Source: a virus (lineage: Duplodnaviria; Caudoviricetes). Taken from it: DNA of 64,000 nt. Each line of letters starts with the position of its first letter. The stretch's first letter is position 1. Below the pieces are notes generated by a model. It made no database searches. It was not told the DNA's origin and worked only from the letters and a program-made list of their open reading frames with translations. The stretch lies in IMG/VR virus record IMGVR_UViG_3300049988_000286, positions 64,001-128,000 of that record; one strand, written 5' to 3'. The translations under genes and the position numbers were made by a program. Positions 27,435-36,710 of this stretch are shown here, piece after piece.

Positions 27435-28181
27435 TTAGCAGGGAGGGTGGTTGCTGTGACCATCCTCCCATTTTGTATGAACACAGTAGCCGCGCGAACG
27501 CAGCAGACGCTCTCGTTCAAGGGTTCGAACATACAACTCGCCCATCGTCTTCTTGGCTTGCGGGTTGAAGAAATCGGGGCGATACATTCGCGGATTGCCG
27601 TGCCAGTAGTTGCCGTAGAACTCATAAACAGTTGAGCCGTCATCGCTCATACCATCGACATACAGCCGCTTGCCGTCGATAGAGATACAGACTTCACGCC
27701 GAGCGATGCCAAGACCGTCTAGCCATTCCGTAGCCGCTTTGCTGTGTCGATGCTGGCGCGTTGTGTTGCGCTCTCTGCTGCCCGTTCGCGCGACGAGGGT
27801 GGCTGTTGCCTTGCCAGCGGCACCCGGAACCTTGTTGGGATTATCAACGCCGTATCTTGCCTTGAGGGTTTCCACACCACGTGCTCGAACGTCATGCCGC
27901 TCGAATCCTGTAGCAACTCCATAATTGCGCAGGTGAGTAGCCGCTGCCTTGGCTCTCCCCGCATTGAACTTCGCTACCTTCTCATCAGAGATGTCTGCGT
28001 TGAAGAGATGCAAGGGGTTGGTAGCACCATAACGAGCTAAATTCTCTCTGCCTCTGCGAGCAATAACTTCTGGGCAACTCAAGTGGTGATCAGCACACTG
28101 CCATCGACCGTCCTTTAACTTTCGGCTCTTTGGTTTGAAAAACACTGCCGGTCTACCGCATCCATGTTCACATTCTTGCAT
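27435..28181 (-). mobile_element. putative freestanding (homing-type) endonuclease gene
   Basis: N-terminal CxxxC/C..H..C, YG..NP repeats, C-terminal VDG...YEFYGNYWHG Vsr-like nuclease; antisense insertion with atypical composition. Confidence 0.6.
27441..27474 (+). terminator. rho-independent terminator after the vWA gene
   Basis: GGGAGGGTGGT/ACCATCCTCCC plus ATTTT. Confidence 0.6.
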
Positions 28182-28255
28182 AGTTCCATCATGCCCTCTC
28201 CCCACCCGTGATTTCAATATTGCGAGCACCACGACCAGCCTCGTAAGATCATCTC

Positions 28256-28519
28256 ATGATCATCGATCAGGCCCGCTTCCGAAAGTTCTCGATTTCGACC
28301 GAGCCTTTGGTCGCCAGCCTGTCCGCTAATCAACCGGCTTTCTGGCCGCTCGATTGGGAGATCGTCAGCGTGGCACCTACCAGTGCCGAGGACGACCTCT
28401 ACGAGCGTGTTTACCAGAACAGCGCGGGGCCGGTCTCGTTCGCGACCTGTCATACTGGCGATGTCCTGATCGCGTTCAGCGATCCCACCGATGCGCTGAT
28501 GTTCAAAGTATCTGTTTAG
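28256..28519 (+). CDS. DAxLF family member
   Basis: FSDPTDALMFKVSV. Confidence 0.65.
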   Translation: MIIDQARFRKFSISTEPLVASLSANQPAFWPLDWEIVSVAPTSAEDDLYERVYQNSAGPVSFATCHTGDVLIAFSDPTDALMFKVSV

Positions 28520-28531
28520 AGGAAAGTATCG

Positions 28532-29131
28532 ATGACAATGAATCTGATCCCGATGGTGGTTGAACAGGATGGGCGCGGAGAGCGTTCCTACGACCTGATG
28601 TCGCGTCTCCAGAAGGAGCGTATCATCTTCCTCAACGGCCCCGTGGATGATCACATGGCCCATATCGCCACGATGCAGCTTCTATACCTCGACAGCATCG
28701 CGGACACCAAGAAGCCCGAACCGATCAATATCTACATCAACTCCCCCGGCGGCAGCGTCTTGGCCGGGCTGGCTATCGCCGACACCATGGCGAGCGTGTC
28801 GTCCCCTATTGCCACCACCGCAATGGGCATGGCGATGTCGATGGGCGCTTATCTCCTCTCCTGTGGTGATCCCGGTATGCGCTCGGCTACCGAGGGTGTG
28901 CGCATCATGTGCCATCAGGTGTCAAGCGGCACGCGGGGCACAGCGGCGGATATGAAGATCAGCATGGCGGAGACTCTCTACCTCGATGAGTATCTGGCCG
29001 CGCGTCTGGCGAAGAATTGCGGCAAGTCCATCGAGCAGTATCGCCGCGATACCGATCGTGATTTCTACATGAGCGCTGCCGAGGGCGTAGAGTACGGGAT
29101 CATCGACCACGTAATCAAAAACAAGCGTTAA
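28532..29131 (+). CDS. clpP: ATP-dependent Clp protease proteolytic subunit ClpP
   Basis: [37 protein letters not shown] (Ser), IMCHQ (His), DRD. Confidence 0.97.
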   Translation: MTMNLIPMVVEQDGRGERSYDLMSRLQKERIIFLNGPVDDHMAHIATMQLLYLDSIADTKKPEPINIYINSPGGSVLAGLAIADTMASVSSPIATTAMGMAMSMGAYLLSCGDPGMRSATEGVRIMCHQVSSGTRGTAADMKISMAETLYLDEYLAARLAKNCGKSIEQYRRDTDRDFYMSAAEGVEYGIIDHVIKNKR

Positions 29132-29139
29132 GGAGCAAG

Positions 29140-29460
29140 ATGGAAAACAATTACGAGACACTCTCGCGAAAGCACTTCGAACTCACACAGGCGATCAAAA
29201 AGGTCCGCGACTATGCCCATAAGAGCATCGATGCTCTGCTGCGGGGCGAGGAGGTCAAGGAGTGGATCGAGGCCGATACTCTTCGTGCCCTTGGGGAACG
29301 TGAAGTGAAGCTGAAGGCCGAGATGGTCGCAGCAGCGCCGGTGACCAATGAACTGGTCGGGTTCGAGCCCACCACGGTCCCGGAGATCGATCACACCACC
29401 AACATCGTCACGTTCTCGAAGGTGGTTGACGAAGCACTACGAGCCGCACAGAAGGGTTGA
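29140..29460 (+). CDS. hypothetical protein
   Basis: AAGGAG RBS. Confidence 0.7.
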   Translation: MENNYETLSRKHFELTQAIKKVRDYAHKSIDALLRGEEVKEWIEADTLRALGEREVKLKAEMVAAAPVTNELVGFEPTTVPEIDHTTNIVTFSKVVDEALRAAQKG

Positions 29461-29504
29461 CCGAACTATGTCATTGTGCTAGGCGCTCTGTTCGGAGACC
29501 TAGC

Positions 29505-29684
29505 ATGAAGATCACTCGAACCTACCAGCGCCGCAACGGCGAGCCGTTTACCGTCGAGGTCATGATCGATCCCGACAAGATCGCCGACGCGATGGCGCAC
29601 CGCATGGCTCGTCAGGGCGTATCTCGCGCTACTGCCTCCAACGGGGGTATCACGGCGGAGGTGCGGGAGAGCGCGTCGGTTTGA
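29505..29684 (+). CDS. hypothetical protein
   Basis: GGAG RBS. Confidence 0.55.
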   Translation: MKITRTYQRRNGEPFTVEVMIDPDKIADAMAHRMARQGVSRATASNGGITAEVRESASV

Positions 29685-29744
29685 CAATCACCCGAGCATC
29701 CTTCATGGTAGTGGTTCCATGGAGGTGCTCGGGCTAAATATCCG

Positions 29745-29984
29745 ATGGACTACCAATGCGGCAATCCATCTCCCCAGCTTTTTGCGATTTGGGTGTCAAA
29801 CACCCATTTCATGCTCCCCCTCGCCATAGAATCATGGTGCTTGACCAACTGCGACGGTGACTGGCATCTCGATGCTCGTGCTAACCGTGCCGCTGTCAGC
29901 TTCGCGCTCGACGAGGACGCCACGATGTTCCGCTTGAGCCCATTTCAGCGACATATCCGGAACATCGCATACCTATGCGCTTGA
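29745..29984 (+). CDS. DAxLF family member
   Basis: WCLTNC.GDW...FALDEDATMFRL; TAAATA-N4-ATG. Confidence 0.7.
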   Translation: MDYQCGNPSPQLFAIWVSNTHFMLPLAIESWCLTNCDGDWHLDARANRAAVSFALDEDATMFRLSPFQRHIRNIAYLCA

Positions 29985-30014
29985 CATAAATGCATATTCT
30001 GTCATGAACGCATT

Positions 30015-30266
30015 ATGGTTCCCGACCTTCCCGTAAACGATTATCTCTCCGTGGCGGAGCAGCCACGTAGCGTCATCGTGGGTGATCGCCAGTTCCAGAC
30101 CGACGCCACCACGATAGCGCAAACCTATCCAGTGATCGATCTAGCAACGGTGGTGGGTGTTCGCATCACCTCGCTGTTCTGGGCCGATGCCGGTCTCGCC
30201 CTTGAGTTTCAATCTAACGAAGACCGAGCATTGTACAGTCTGGCCTACGAGGGTGTTCGCGACTGA
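30015..30266 (+). CDS. DAxLF family member
   Basis: FQSNEDRALYSLAY. Confidence 0.6.
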   Translation: MVPDLPVNDYLSVAEQPRSVIVGDRQFQTDATTIAQTYPVIDLATVVGVRITSLFWADAGLALEFQSNEDRALYSLAYEGVRD

Positions 30267-30277
30267 CTAAATAGTGG

Positions 30278-30559
30278 GTGGAAGTTAACACCTACCTTTA
30301 TGTCATCGCAGCTTCCGAGAGCGGCCCCGTCAAGATCGGTTACAGTGCTGTTCCGGAGAAACGCGTCAGGCAATTACAGACGGGGCATCCCCAGCCCCTC
30401 GCACTCTTCTACCAGCAGGGCACCGATCTCGCATCGGCGAAACTGATTGAGCGTTTGGTCCATCGCACCATCGGCTACCTGCGAAGTCACGGCGAATGGT
30501 TTGACCTCACGGTCGAGGATGCGATAGCGGAAGTGCAAGTCGGACTGATGTCTGCGTAA
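30278..30559 (+). CDS. GIY-YIG / T5orf172-like nuclease domain protein
   Basis: YLYVI...VKIGYS..PE.R..QLQTG.P...E..VH...GEWF; TAAATA-N4-GTG. Confidence 0.85.
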   Translation: MEVNTYLYVIAASESGPVKIGYSAVPEKRVRQLQTGHPQPLALFYQQGTDLASAKLIERLVHRTIGYLRSHGEWFDLTVEDAIAEVQVGLMSA

Positions 30560-30577
30560 GCCGACACTGGAGTCGGA

Positions 30578-30991
30578 ATGTGGGTTAAGCAACGAACTAC
30601 CCCAGACTTGTTCATGAAGGATTGGGTTCTGCGATTTCCGTTCGGGCACAAGATGGATACCCATGATTGCGGTCGGGTGATCCAAATCGGAGGAGGAACT
30701 GTTCATTTAGATTTCGGTGACCGGCAATTTGAATTTTGCAAAACGGATATCGTGTTTGGTATCCACTCGGTTACCGGGAAGGAAAGCTTCATCACCGTTG
30801 CGGCGGGAAGGTTCATCTCGGAATATCAGAGCAATCCAACCGGGTTGTCGATGCCGGGTAGCGACCCTGAACTCGACGCCATGGTTGCGATTCTCGATCG
30901 TATTATCGAGGATTCAAATGAAGCTTCAAAGCAACGCCCAGCCCGTCGAGGTAATCGGCGCAGTTTCGGGAAAGACAGCGTTCACGGTTAA
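30578..30991 (+). CDS. hypothetical protein
   Basis: GGAG RBS; overlaps the rIIA start. Confidence 0.55.
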   Translation: MWVKQRTTPDLFMKDWVLRFPFGHKMDTHDCGRVIQIGGGTVHLDFGDRQFEFCKTDIVFGIHSVTGKESFITVAAGRFISEYQSNPTGLSMPGSDPELDAMVAILDRIIEDSNEASKQRPARRGNRRSFGKDSVHG

Positions 30992-32909
30992 GCCAACGGC
31001 GAAAGCCTTTGCGGTTTTGTCGTCGAAGTTGTACAAGAATAAGATCGCCGCTATCGTGCGGGAGATTAGCTGCAACGCCTATGATGCCCATATCGCAGCA
31101 GGGACACCGAACCTCCCCTTCGAGGTTCATCTCCCCACGATCTTGGAACCGTGGTTTTCAGTCCGGGATTTCGGTCCCGGATTGTCCCACCAGCAGACCA
31201 CCACGATCTTCACCACCTTCTTCGAATCCACGAAGGAGGACAGCAACGATTACATCGGCGCGCTCGGGTTGGGGTCGAAGTCGCCGTTCAGCTACGTGGA
31301 CAGCTTTGCGGTCTATAGCCACCACAACGGCGTGCGGCGCTCCTACGAGTGCTACCTCGAACACGGCATCCCCCAGCTATCCGTGAAAGCCGAAACGCCG
31401 ACCAACGGCGAGAGCGGCATCGAGGTGAGCCTCGCGGTTCAGCCGGAGGATTTCTACCTCTTCCAGCAGGAAGCAGCGTCGATCTATCGCTGGTTCCGGG
31501 TTCGCCCCGTGATCTTCGGCCAGACAATCGATATTCAGGACTGGATCGAGCCCGAGGGCTGCGGCTGGTCACGCCAGCCACGCTGCCCCAGCGACTATTC
31601 CGCCAGCGCAATCATGGGACAGGTCCGTTATCCCATCGACTCGCACGCGCTGTCATCGGATGTGCGGTGGATGCACAACAACAACATGGTGTTCCACTTC
31701 GACATCGGCGATCTCGACATTCAGGCAGGACGGGAGGAACTCTCCTACGACAAAGCCACTATTGCCGCTTTGGAGGCACGGGTGAGGGAAACTCGTGCCG
31801 AGATCGAAGCCGGTTACGCGGAACTCTTCCGTGACTGTAAGAACATCGTGGACGCGAGCCTGATCGTGCGCGCCAACCCCTCGCCGATGCACAACGTCAT
31901 CGTCCCTACCTTCGGGGGCACGCAGGTGCGGGTCGATTATCTCCAGCGCTGCTTCGACTCCAATGCCTATGGGGGACGAGCGGAAAGCTTCGGCACCCTT
32001 CCCGGCAAGGCGGTCGCCGATGATATCACCCTCGTTCTGATGAACGTCGATCGCAAGACCGCGATGCGGCGCTGGAACATCTGGCGTGCAGAGAACCAAG
32101 ACCTAAACGGTTACCGGGTGATCGTCACGCCGGGTCAGGAGGACGAATATCTCGAACGCGTCGGCGACATCGCGCACGTGCTACTCTCGGATACCCCCTT
32201 GCCCACCCGCAAGGCGAAGATGCGCCTTCTCGGGGAGGAGCCTCGCTCCGTGCGCGACCGTCCCGAGCAGACCATCGATCTCAATACCGGCGGGTATTAT
32301 CTTGTCACCCGCAATCTGCGGGTCATCCATCCCAGCATCGAAGATGAACACCTCAACGATGCCGACCTCGCCGGTTTGCAGCAGCGGCTACTCAAGAGCG
32401 ATATCCCGGATGCAGACAAGATCGTCCTCGTGCCATGGTCGCGGCGACGGGAACTCGGCGACGGCTGGACCGATGCCGCGACGGTGATCGGTGCCGACTA
32501 TGAGAAGCAGAAAGGAAGCGCGGCGTTCGCCGACATGTTGGAAGCAGCGCGGACATACCGGGCCTTCACAGCGGCGATGTTCAATCAGGGGGTTTGTTTC
32601 ACCAGCCTCGCCCGTATCGCCCGCCATTGCGACGATGGCCCGGTGAGCGCCTTCGTGGCGGAGCGTGAGCGGTGTCGCAACGCCAGTGTCGAGGGAGCAC
32701 CGTGGGAGATCGTTCAGCGAGTCTTCGATACCAACGCCACACAGGACATGGGTGAACGGCTTTCGCTGCAATGGGGCGAGCTATGCCGTCAGTTCCCGAT
32801 GTTGATTGATTTGGTCAAACACCGGCATCGCTACGAGACAGTTGGAAATATTGTCGCCGAAGACGCCGCCCTGTATGTTAACGCGAAGCAAAAAGTATTG
32901 ACTGTATAA
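30918..32909 (+). CDS. rIIA: rIIA-like protein (GHKL/Hsp90-like ATPase N-terminus)
   Basis: LSSKLYKNKI.AIVREI.CNA.DAH, VRD.G.GL, STK..SND.IG.LGLGSKSPF.Y. Confidence 0.9.
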   Translation: MKLQSNAQPVEVIGAVSGKTAFTVKPTAKAFAVLSSKLYKNKIAAIVREISCNAYDAHIAAGTPNLPFEVHLPTILEPWFSVRDFGPGLSHQQTTTIFTTFFESTKEDSNDYIGALGLGSKSPFSYVDSFAVYSHHNGVRRSYECYLEHGIPQLSVKAETPTNGESGIEVSLAVQPEDFYLFQQEAASIYRWFRVRPVIFGQTIDIQDWIEPEGCGWSRQPRCPSDYSASAIMGQVRYPIDSHALSSDVRWMHNNNMVFHFDIGDLDIQAGREELSYDKATIAALEARVRETRAEIEAGYAELFRDCKNIVDASLIVRANPSPMHNVIVPTFGGTQVRVDYLQRCFDSNAYGGRAESFGTLPGKAVADDITLVLMNVDRKTAMRRWNIWRAENQDLNGYRVIVTPGQEDEYLERVGDIAHVLLSDTPLPTRKAKMRLLGEEPRSVRDRPEQTIDLNTGGYYLVTRNLRVIHPSIEDEHLNDADLAGLQQRLLKSDIPDADKIVLVPWSRRRELGDGWTDAATVIGADYEKQKGSAAFADMLEAARTYRAFTAAMFNQGVCFTSLARIARHCDDGPVSAFVAERERCRNASVEGAPWEIVQRVFDTNATQDMGERLSLQWGELCRQFPMLIDLVKHRHRYETVGNIVAEDAALYVNAKQKVLTV

Positions 32910-32922
32910 AAGGACTCTATCC

Positions 32923-34137
32923 ATGGTACCATTTTCAGGGATGATCACCCACGATGGGACGATCACCTTCACCCATAGCGACGGACGCATTCACAGCGTC
33001 TTGACTACTCACTCGCAGTACGGGCGTGTCAAGGATTTGCTCCGCTCGATGGCGGGCCAGCCCGATGACTCACCGATCCGCGACCAGTTGCTCGAACTCG
33101 CCCAGCCCGCGCGGCTGATCACGCGATCGACGCGTGGCCTCGTCACGGTCGAGAACAACCAAGTCCTTTATCGAGGTGTGCCGGTCCGCAACGTCGTGGC
33201 GGAACGCATCCTTTGGATGATCGGCGACGGCTTCGACGCTGCCCCCATGCTGGCCTTCTTGGAGAACGTGAAGGAGAACAGCAGCAACCGGGCGGTGGAG
33301 GAACTCTACCGCTTCATGGAAGCCGCGAAGATGGGGATTACCCGCGACGGTATGATCCTCGCCTATAAGCGCATTCGTGGCGACTACCGAGACATCTACA
33401 CCGGCGAGATGGACAACAGCGTCGGGGTCACCGTCGAAATGCCCCGCAACGAGGTCAACGACAATCCGAACGAGACATGCTCGAACGGGCTGCATGTCTG
33501 CTCGATGTCCTACCTGCCCCACTACGGCGCGGGGCCGGGCAACCGTGTGGTGATCTGCCGCATCCATCCCCGCGATGTTGTTTCGGTGCCGATCGATTAC
33601 GCGAACGCGAAGATGCGCGTGTGCCGCTACACGGTCATCGAGGAAGTGACCGACCAGATGCAGGACGTGCTGGCCTCGAAGCCGGTGTTCGAGCATGAGG
33701 AAGACGCAGACGAGGCGCAGTGGTCATGGGGCGACGATGACGAGGAACTCACCGAGATCGAGATTGATGACACGGATGAGATCGATGGGATCGCCGAGTT
33801 CTTCGGAGACGATGAAGAGCTTGAAGAGGCTGAAGAGCTTGAACAGGTTCTAGAGGTTGACAATAGCGCAGCCCCCACGGAGGTAAAAACGCCGATCCTC
33901 GACTTCACCGCCTTGGTAGCGCGAGTGACCCAAGTTGTTCTAGATTGTGCGAAGGATCAGCTAAAGGTCGAGCGCATCGATCCCAACCATGTGCTGCTCG
34001 ATCTCGGCGCTGACGATCTCGATGTAATCGAATTGGTCATGCTGGTAGAAGACGTGCTTAATGTCGAACTCGGCGATGAATGGGATGCCGACAAGACTGC
34101 CAATCACATCATCGACGCGGTATTGCAGCAGATGTAA
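32923..34137 (+). CDS. rIIB: rIIB-like protein with acidic linker and C-terminal ACP-like domain
   Basis: LYRF...IT.DG..LAYK, PRNEV.DNP..TCS.GLHVC, P.DVVSVP.DY...KMRVC.Y; then DLGADDLDVIELVM. Confidence 0.88.
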   Translation: MVPFSGMITHDGTITFTHSDGRIHSVLTTHSQYGRVKDLLRSMAGQPDDSPIRDQLLELAQPARLITRSTRGLVTVENNQVLYRGVPVRNVVAERILWMIGDGFDAAPMLAFLENVKENSSNRAVEELYRFMEAAKMGITRDGMILAYKRIRGDYRDIYTGEMDNSVGVTVEMPRNEVNDNPNETCSNGLHVCSMSYLPHYGAGPGNRVVICRIHPRDVVSVPIDYANAKMRVCRYTVIEEVTDQMQDVLASKPVFEHEEDADEAQWSWGDDDEELTEIEIDDTDEIDGIAEFFGDDEELEEAEELEQVLEVDNSAAPTEVKTPILDFTALVARVTQVVLDCAKDQLKVERIDPNHVLLDLGADDLDVIELVMLVEDVLNVELGDEWDADKTANHIIDAVLQQM

Positions 34138-34143
34138 TGGGAC

Positions 34144-34171
34144 GGGGGAGCGGACGGCCCGCTCCCCCTTT
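34144..34171. terminator. terminator between convergent genes
   Basis: GGGGGAGCGG/CCGCTCCCCC plus TTT. Confidence 0.7.
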
Positions 34172-35303
34172 ACACACCAAGCATGTCGGTTTTGCCCAGT
34201 GTGTAATCCGATTCGATCCAGCGGCGGCGCGCATCCTTCATCCAGCGGCCGATCTCGACACCGGTGATGCCGCGCTCGATCAGTTCATTGCCCGAGACCG
34301 GGAAAGCAGGTGCCTCCCACGTCTCGATAAAGCGTCGGGTCAGGTCATCACCCCGCGTGGCGAGCAGCGCCGTGATGATCTCCACCGGGATACCTTCTAC
34401 GATATCGCGCTTCGCATCTCCGATCCCATATGGGGTCAAGAGTTTACCGACGATGAACGCGGCGGTCTTCTGCTCGACTTTGCTCCACTTCCACCGCTGA
34501 CCCAGCGCGAGCACCTCCTCACCACCATAGACAGCCATCAGCGCGGCGGGATTGCGTGAAGTCAGCCGAGCCTTGTCGAGAGCCGAGATGTCACCCTCCG
34601 GTAGACCAATCACGCGGCCCACGCCCGAGATGTGGATGAGTTTCAGCACCCTGTCAGCGTTCGGTCCCGCGATGATCTTCGAAATCTCCGCCCAGACACG
34701 CTCGACGCTGATCTGACGCAGATTGGGAGCCGCACGGGTGATCGCCCGCATCGCATCATAATCATTCAGGGGATCACCGAAGCGACCGTAGAAGCGGAAC
34801 CAGCGCAGCGCGCGAAGGTAATCCTCCGCGAGTCGCTCATCGGCATCGCCGACAAAGCGCACCCGTCCCGCTTCTACATCCGCGACACCACCGTGGGGAT
34901 CGAACATCGTGCCATCGAGCGCCATCGCGATGGCGTTCATGGTCAGGTCACGACGCCGCAGATCGTCACGCAGATCAAGGGTGTACTCGACGGTTGCGTG
35001 CCGACCATCGGTCTCGCGATCGATACGGTAGGTAGTGATCTCGTAGGGGATGCGATCGATCACGACAGTGATGGTGCCGTGGGCGAGCCCCGTCGCAACA
35101 TAGTTGTAGCCATGCTGCTCGTAGAGGGCGATCTGCTGATCCGGCGTCGCCGATGTGGTGAGATCGATGTCCTTGGGCGTGATGCCCAGAATGGAATCAC
35201 GTACGCAACCCCCGACAAGCCAAAGCTCGTATCCGGCTTCGACAAACCGCGCGTGCAGTTCATCAATTTCGGGCGGGAGGTTGAGAATATTGCGGTGGCT
35301 CAT
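34170..35303 (-). CDS. cca: CCA-adding tRNA nucleotidyltransferase (class II)
   Basis: LVGGCVRD...DIDLTT, EITTYR, RRDLTMNA, FVGD..ER..EDYLR.LR..RF. Confidence 0.93.
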   Translation of the reverse strand: MSHRNILNLPPEIDELHARFVEAGYELWLVGGCVRDSILGITPKDIDLTTSATPDQQIALYEQHGYNYVATGLAHGTITVVIDRIPYEITTYRIDRETDGRHATVEYTLDLRDDLRRRDLTMNAIAMALDGTMFDPHGGVADVEAGRVRFVGDADERLAEDYLRALRWFRFYGRFGDPLNDYDAMRAITRAAPNLRQISVERVWAEISKIIAGPNADRVLKLIHISGVGRVIGLPEGDISALDKARLTSRNPAALMAVYGGEEVLALGQRWKWSKVEQKTAAFIVGKLLTPYGIGDAKRDIVEGIPVEIITALLATRGDDLTRRFIETWEAPAFPVSGNELIERGITGVEIGRWMKDARRRWIESDYTLGKTDMLGV

Positions 35304-35347
35304 ACGGGTCTCTTACAGTCAAGCATCGAACTTGTCTAGAGATTTTT

Positions 35348-35962
35348 ATGCCCAAGAAGAAGACCCTCGCCTTCGATCGTAAAACTCGCCGTGCCCTCAA
35401 GGCATTCGTGCGCCCCCGCGCGCAAGATTGTGCGGATGAAAAGCCAATGCCAACCAAGACGAAGAAGCGTGTAAATTTCGGTAAGACAACCGCCGGAGCC
35501 AATTCAGCTACCAGCTATGAGCAAATCCTCTTGCCGCGTATCACCACGGACATCCTCGTCCACCCCTATGATACCCAGACCTTCGGGCACATGCACCTTA
35601 CGGTCTTCGCGCATCTATTCCCAAAGATCGACTACATTTTTGTGACGCGGCGCACAAAGGAGATCAGCAATGGCTATGAGGAGTCCTTGCAGCAGCTTGG
35701 CTTCTTCTCCGCGCGCGACTACGACACTTTCACGGATTGGCTAGAGGGATATCTGAAGAAATTCGGCCCGTGTACCGGTCATGCCTACCCGCCACCGATT
35801 GACGGTCACTACCCCTTCCATGCTCCGAGCAAGCCGCACAAGAGCTACGAGGAAGAGTGGCTGTGGATCATCGACAATTGCGCCGGTGAGGTCCGTCACG
35901 GTTCGAACCTCTGGCTGTTCGCCGACGAGGACGATGCTTGCCTATTCGAGTTGTGGAAGTGA
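35348..35962 (+). CDS. hypothetical protein with C-terminal DAxLF domain
   Basis: WIIDNCAG...FADEDDACLFELW. Confidence 0.7.
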   Translation: MPKKKTLAFDRKTRRALKAFVRPRAQDCADEKPMPTKTKKRVNFGKTTAGANSATSYEQILLPRITTDILVHPYDTQTFGHMHLTVFAHLFPKIDYIFVTRRTKEISNGYEESLQQLGFFSARDYDTFTDWLEGYLKKFGPCTGHAYPPPIDGHYPFHAPSKPHKSYEEEWLWIIDNCAGEVRHGSNLWLFADEDDACLFELWK

Positions 35963-36453
35963 AGCCGGGGCTAGGGGCAGGTAGACGATCCTGCACGATG
36001 CTCATCGGACCGCCCGCGAGTGGAAAATCGACTTGGCGTGCGCGCGATACTACCAACGCAATCGTGATTAGTGGCGACGACATGATTGAGGAAGAGTGTC
36101 GGCGAACAGGGCTCACCTATGCGGAGGTCTTCCCCACGGTGTGCTTCAAGACACAGAAGCGTGCCCTGCATGAGCATTTCCAAGATGCGATCTTCAATCA
36201 CCGCAACATCATCATTGACCGTACCAATCTGACGATCAAGTCTCGGCGAAGCTTTCTCGCTTCGCTGCCACGCAGCTATGAGCGTATCGCGATTGTGTTC
36301 ACTGTCACGCCCTCGGTGTTGTTTGAACGATTGGAGCGACGCGGACAAGAGACTGGCAAGATCATCCCGCGCGAGGTAGTCGAGGACATGATGGCTCGAC
36401 TACAACCCCCAACGCGGGATGAGTTCGACACTATTGTAGAACTGAAAGACTAA
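35959..36453 (+). CDS. AAA_33 polynucleotide-kinase-like P-loop kinase
   Basis: GPPASGKSTW, IS.DD, IIDRTNL...R. Confidence 0.85.
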   Translation: MKPGLGAGRRSCTMLIGPPASGKSTWRARDTTNAIVISGDDMIEEECRRTGLTYAEVFPTVCFKTQKRALHEHFQDAIFNHRNIIIDRTNLTIKSRRSFLASLPRSYERIAIVFTVTPSVLFERLERRGQETGKIIPREVVEDMMARLQPPTRDEFDTIVELKD

Positions 36454-36462
36454 CGCCCTCGG

Positions 36463-36609
36463 TTAAGTGGCGATCTGTTCCTTCAACGCTAGCTTCTTCT
36501 TCTTGAGGGTTCGGATAAGCATCTCATCAGGCATGGGTCGCATCTCCTCTGCGCGAATTTCTTCATCGATCTTCGCGTGGCGATCGGCGAGGCTCGACTG
36601 TGATGCCAT
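36463..36609 (-). CDS. DUF465/YdcH-like small coiled-coil protein (not in ORF track)
   Basis: MASQSSLADRHAKIDEEIRAEEMRPMPDEMLIRTLKKKKLALKEQI. Confidence 0.75.
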   Translation of the reverse strand: MASQSSLADRHAKIDEEIRAEEMRPMPDEMLIRTLKKKKLALKEQIAT

Positions 36610-36710
36610 TGGTTGTCATCCCTTCCATGTCAGACCCGGTGTGGGCGAGATCGGGATATCTCGCCCACCCAGTGATGCAAAGATGCCTTGCATCATTTCC
36701 GAACTCTGCT

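Noticed and set aside
24349-27471. Long minus-strand ORFs (562 aa and 461 aa), and similar ones such as 36981-38315, 52138-53091 and 33070-33696
   Set aside because: Antisense shadows of strongly codon-biased GC-rich real genes; no motifs, no RBS.
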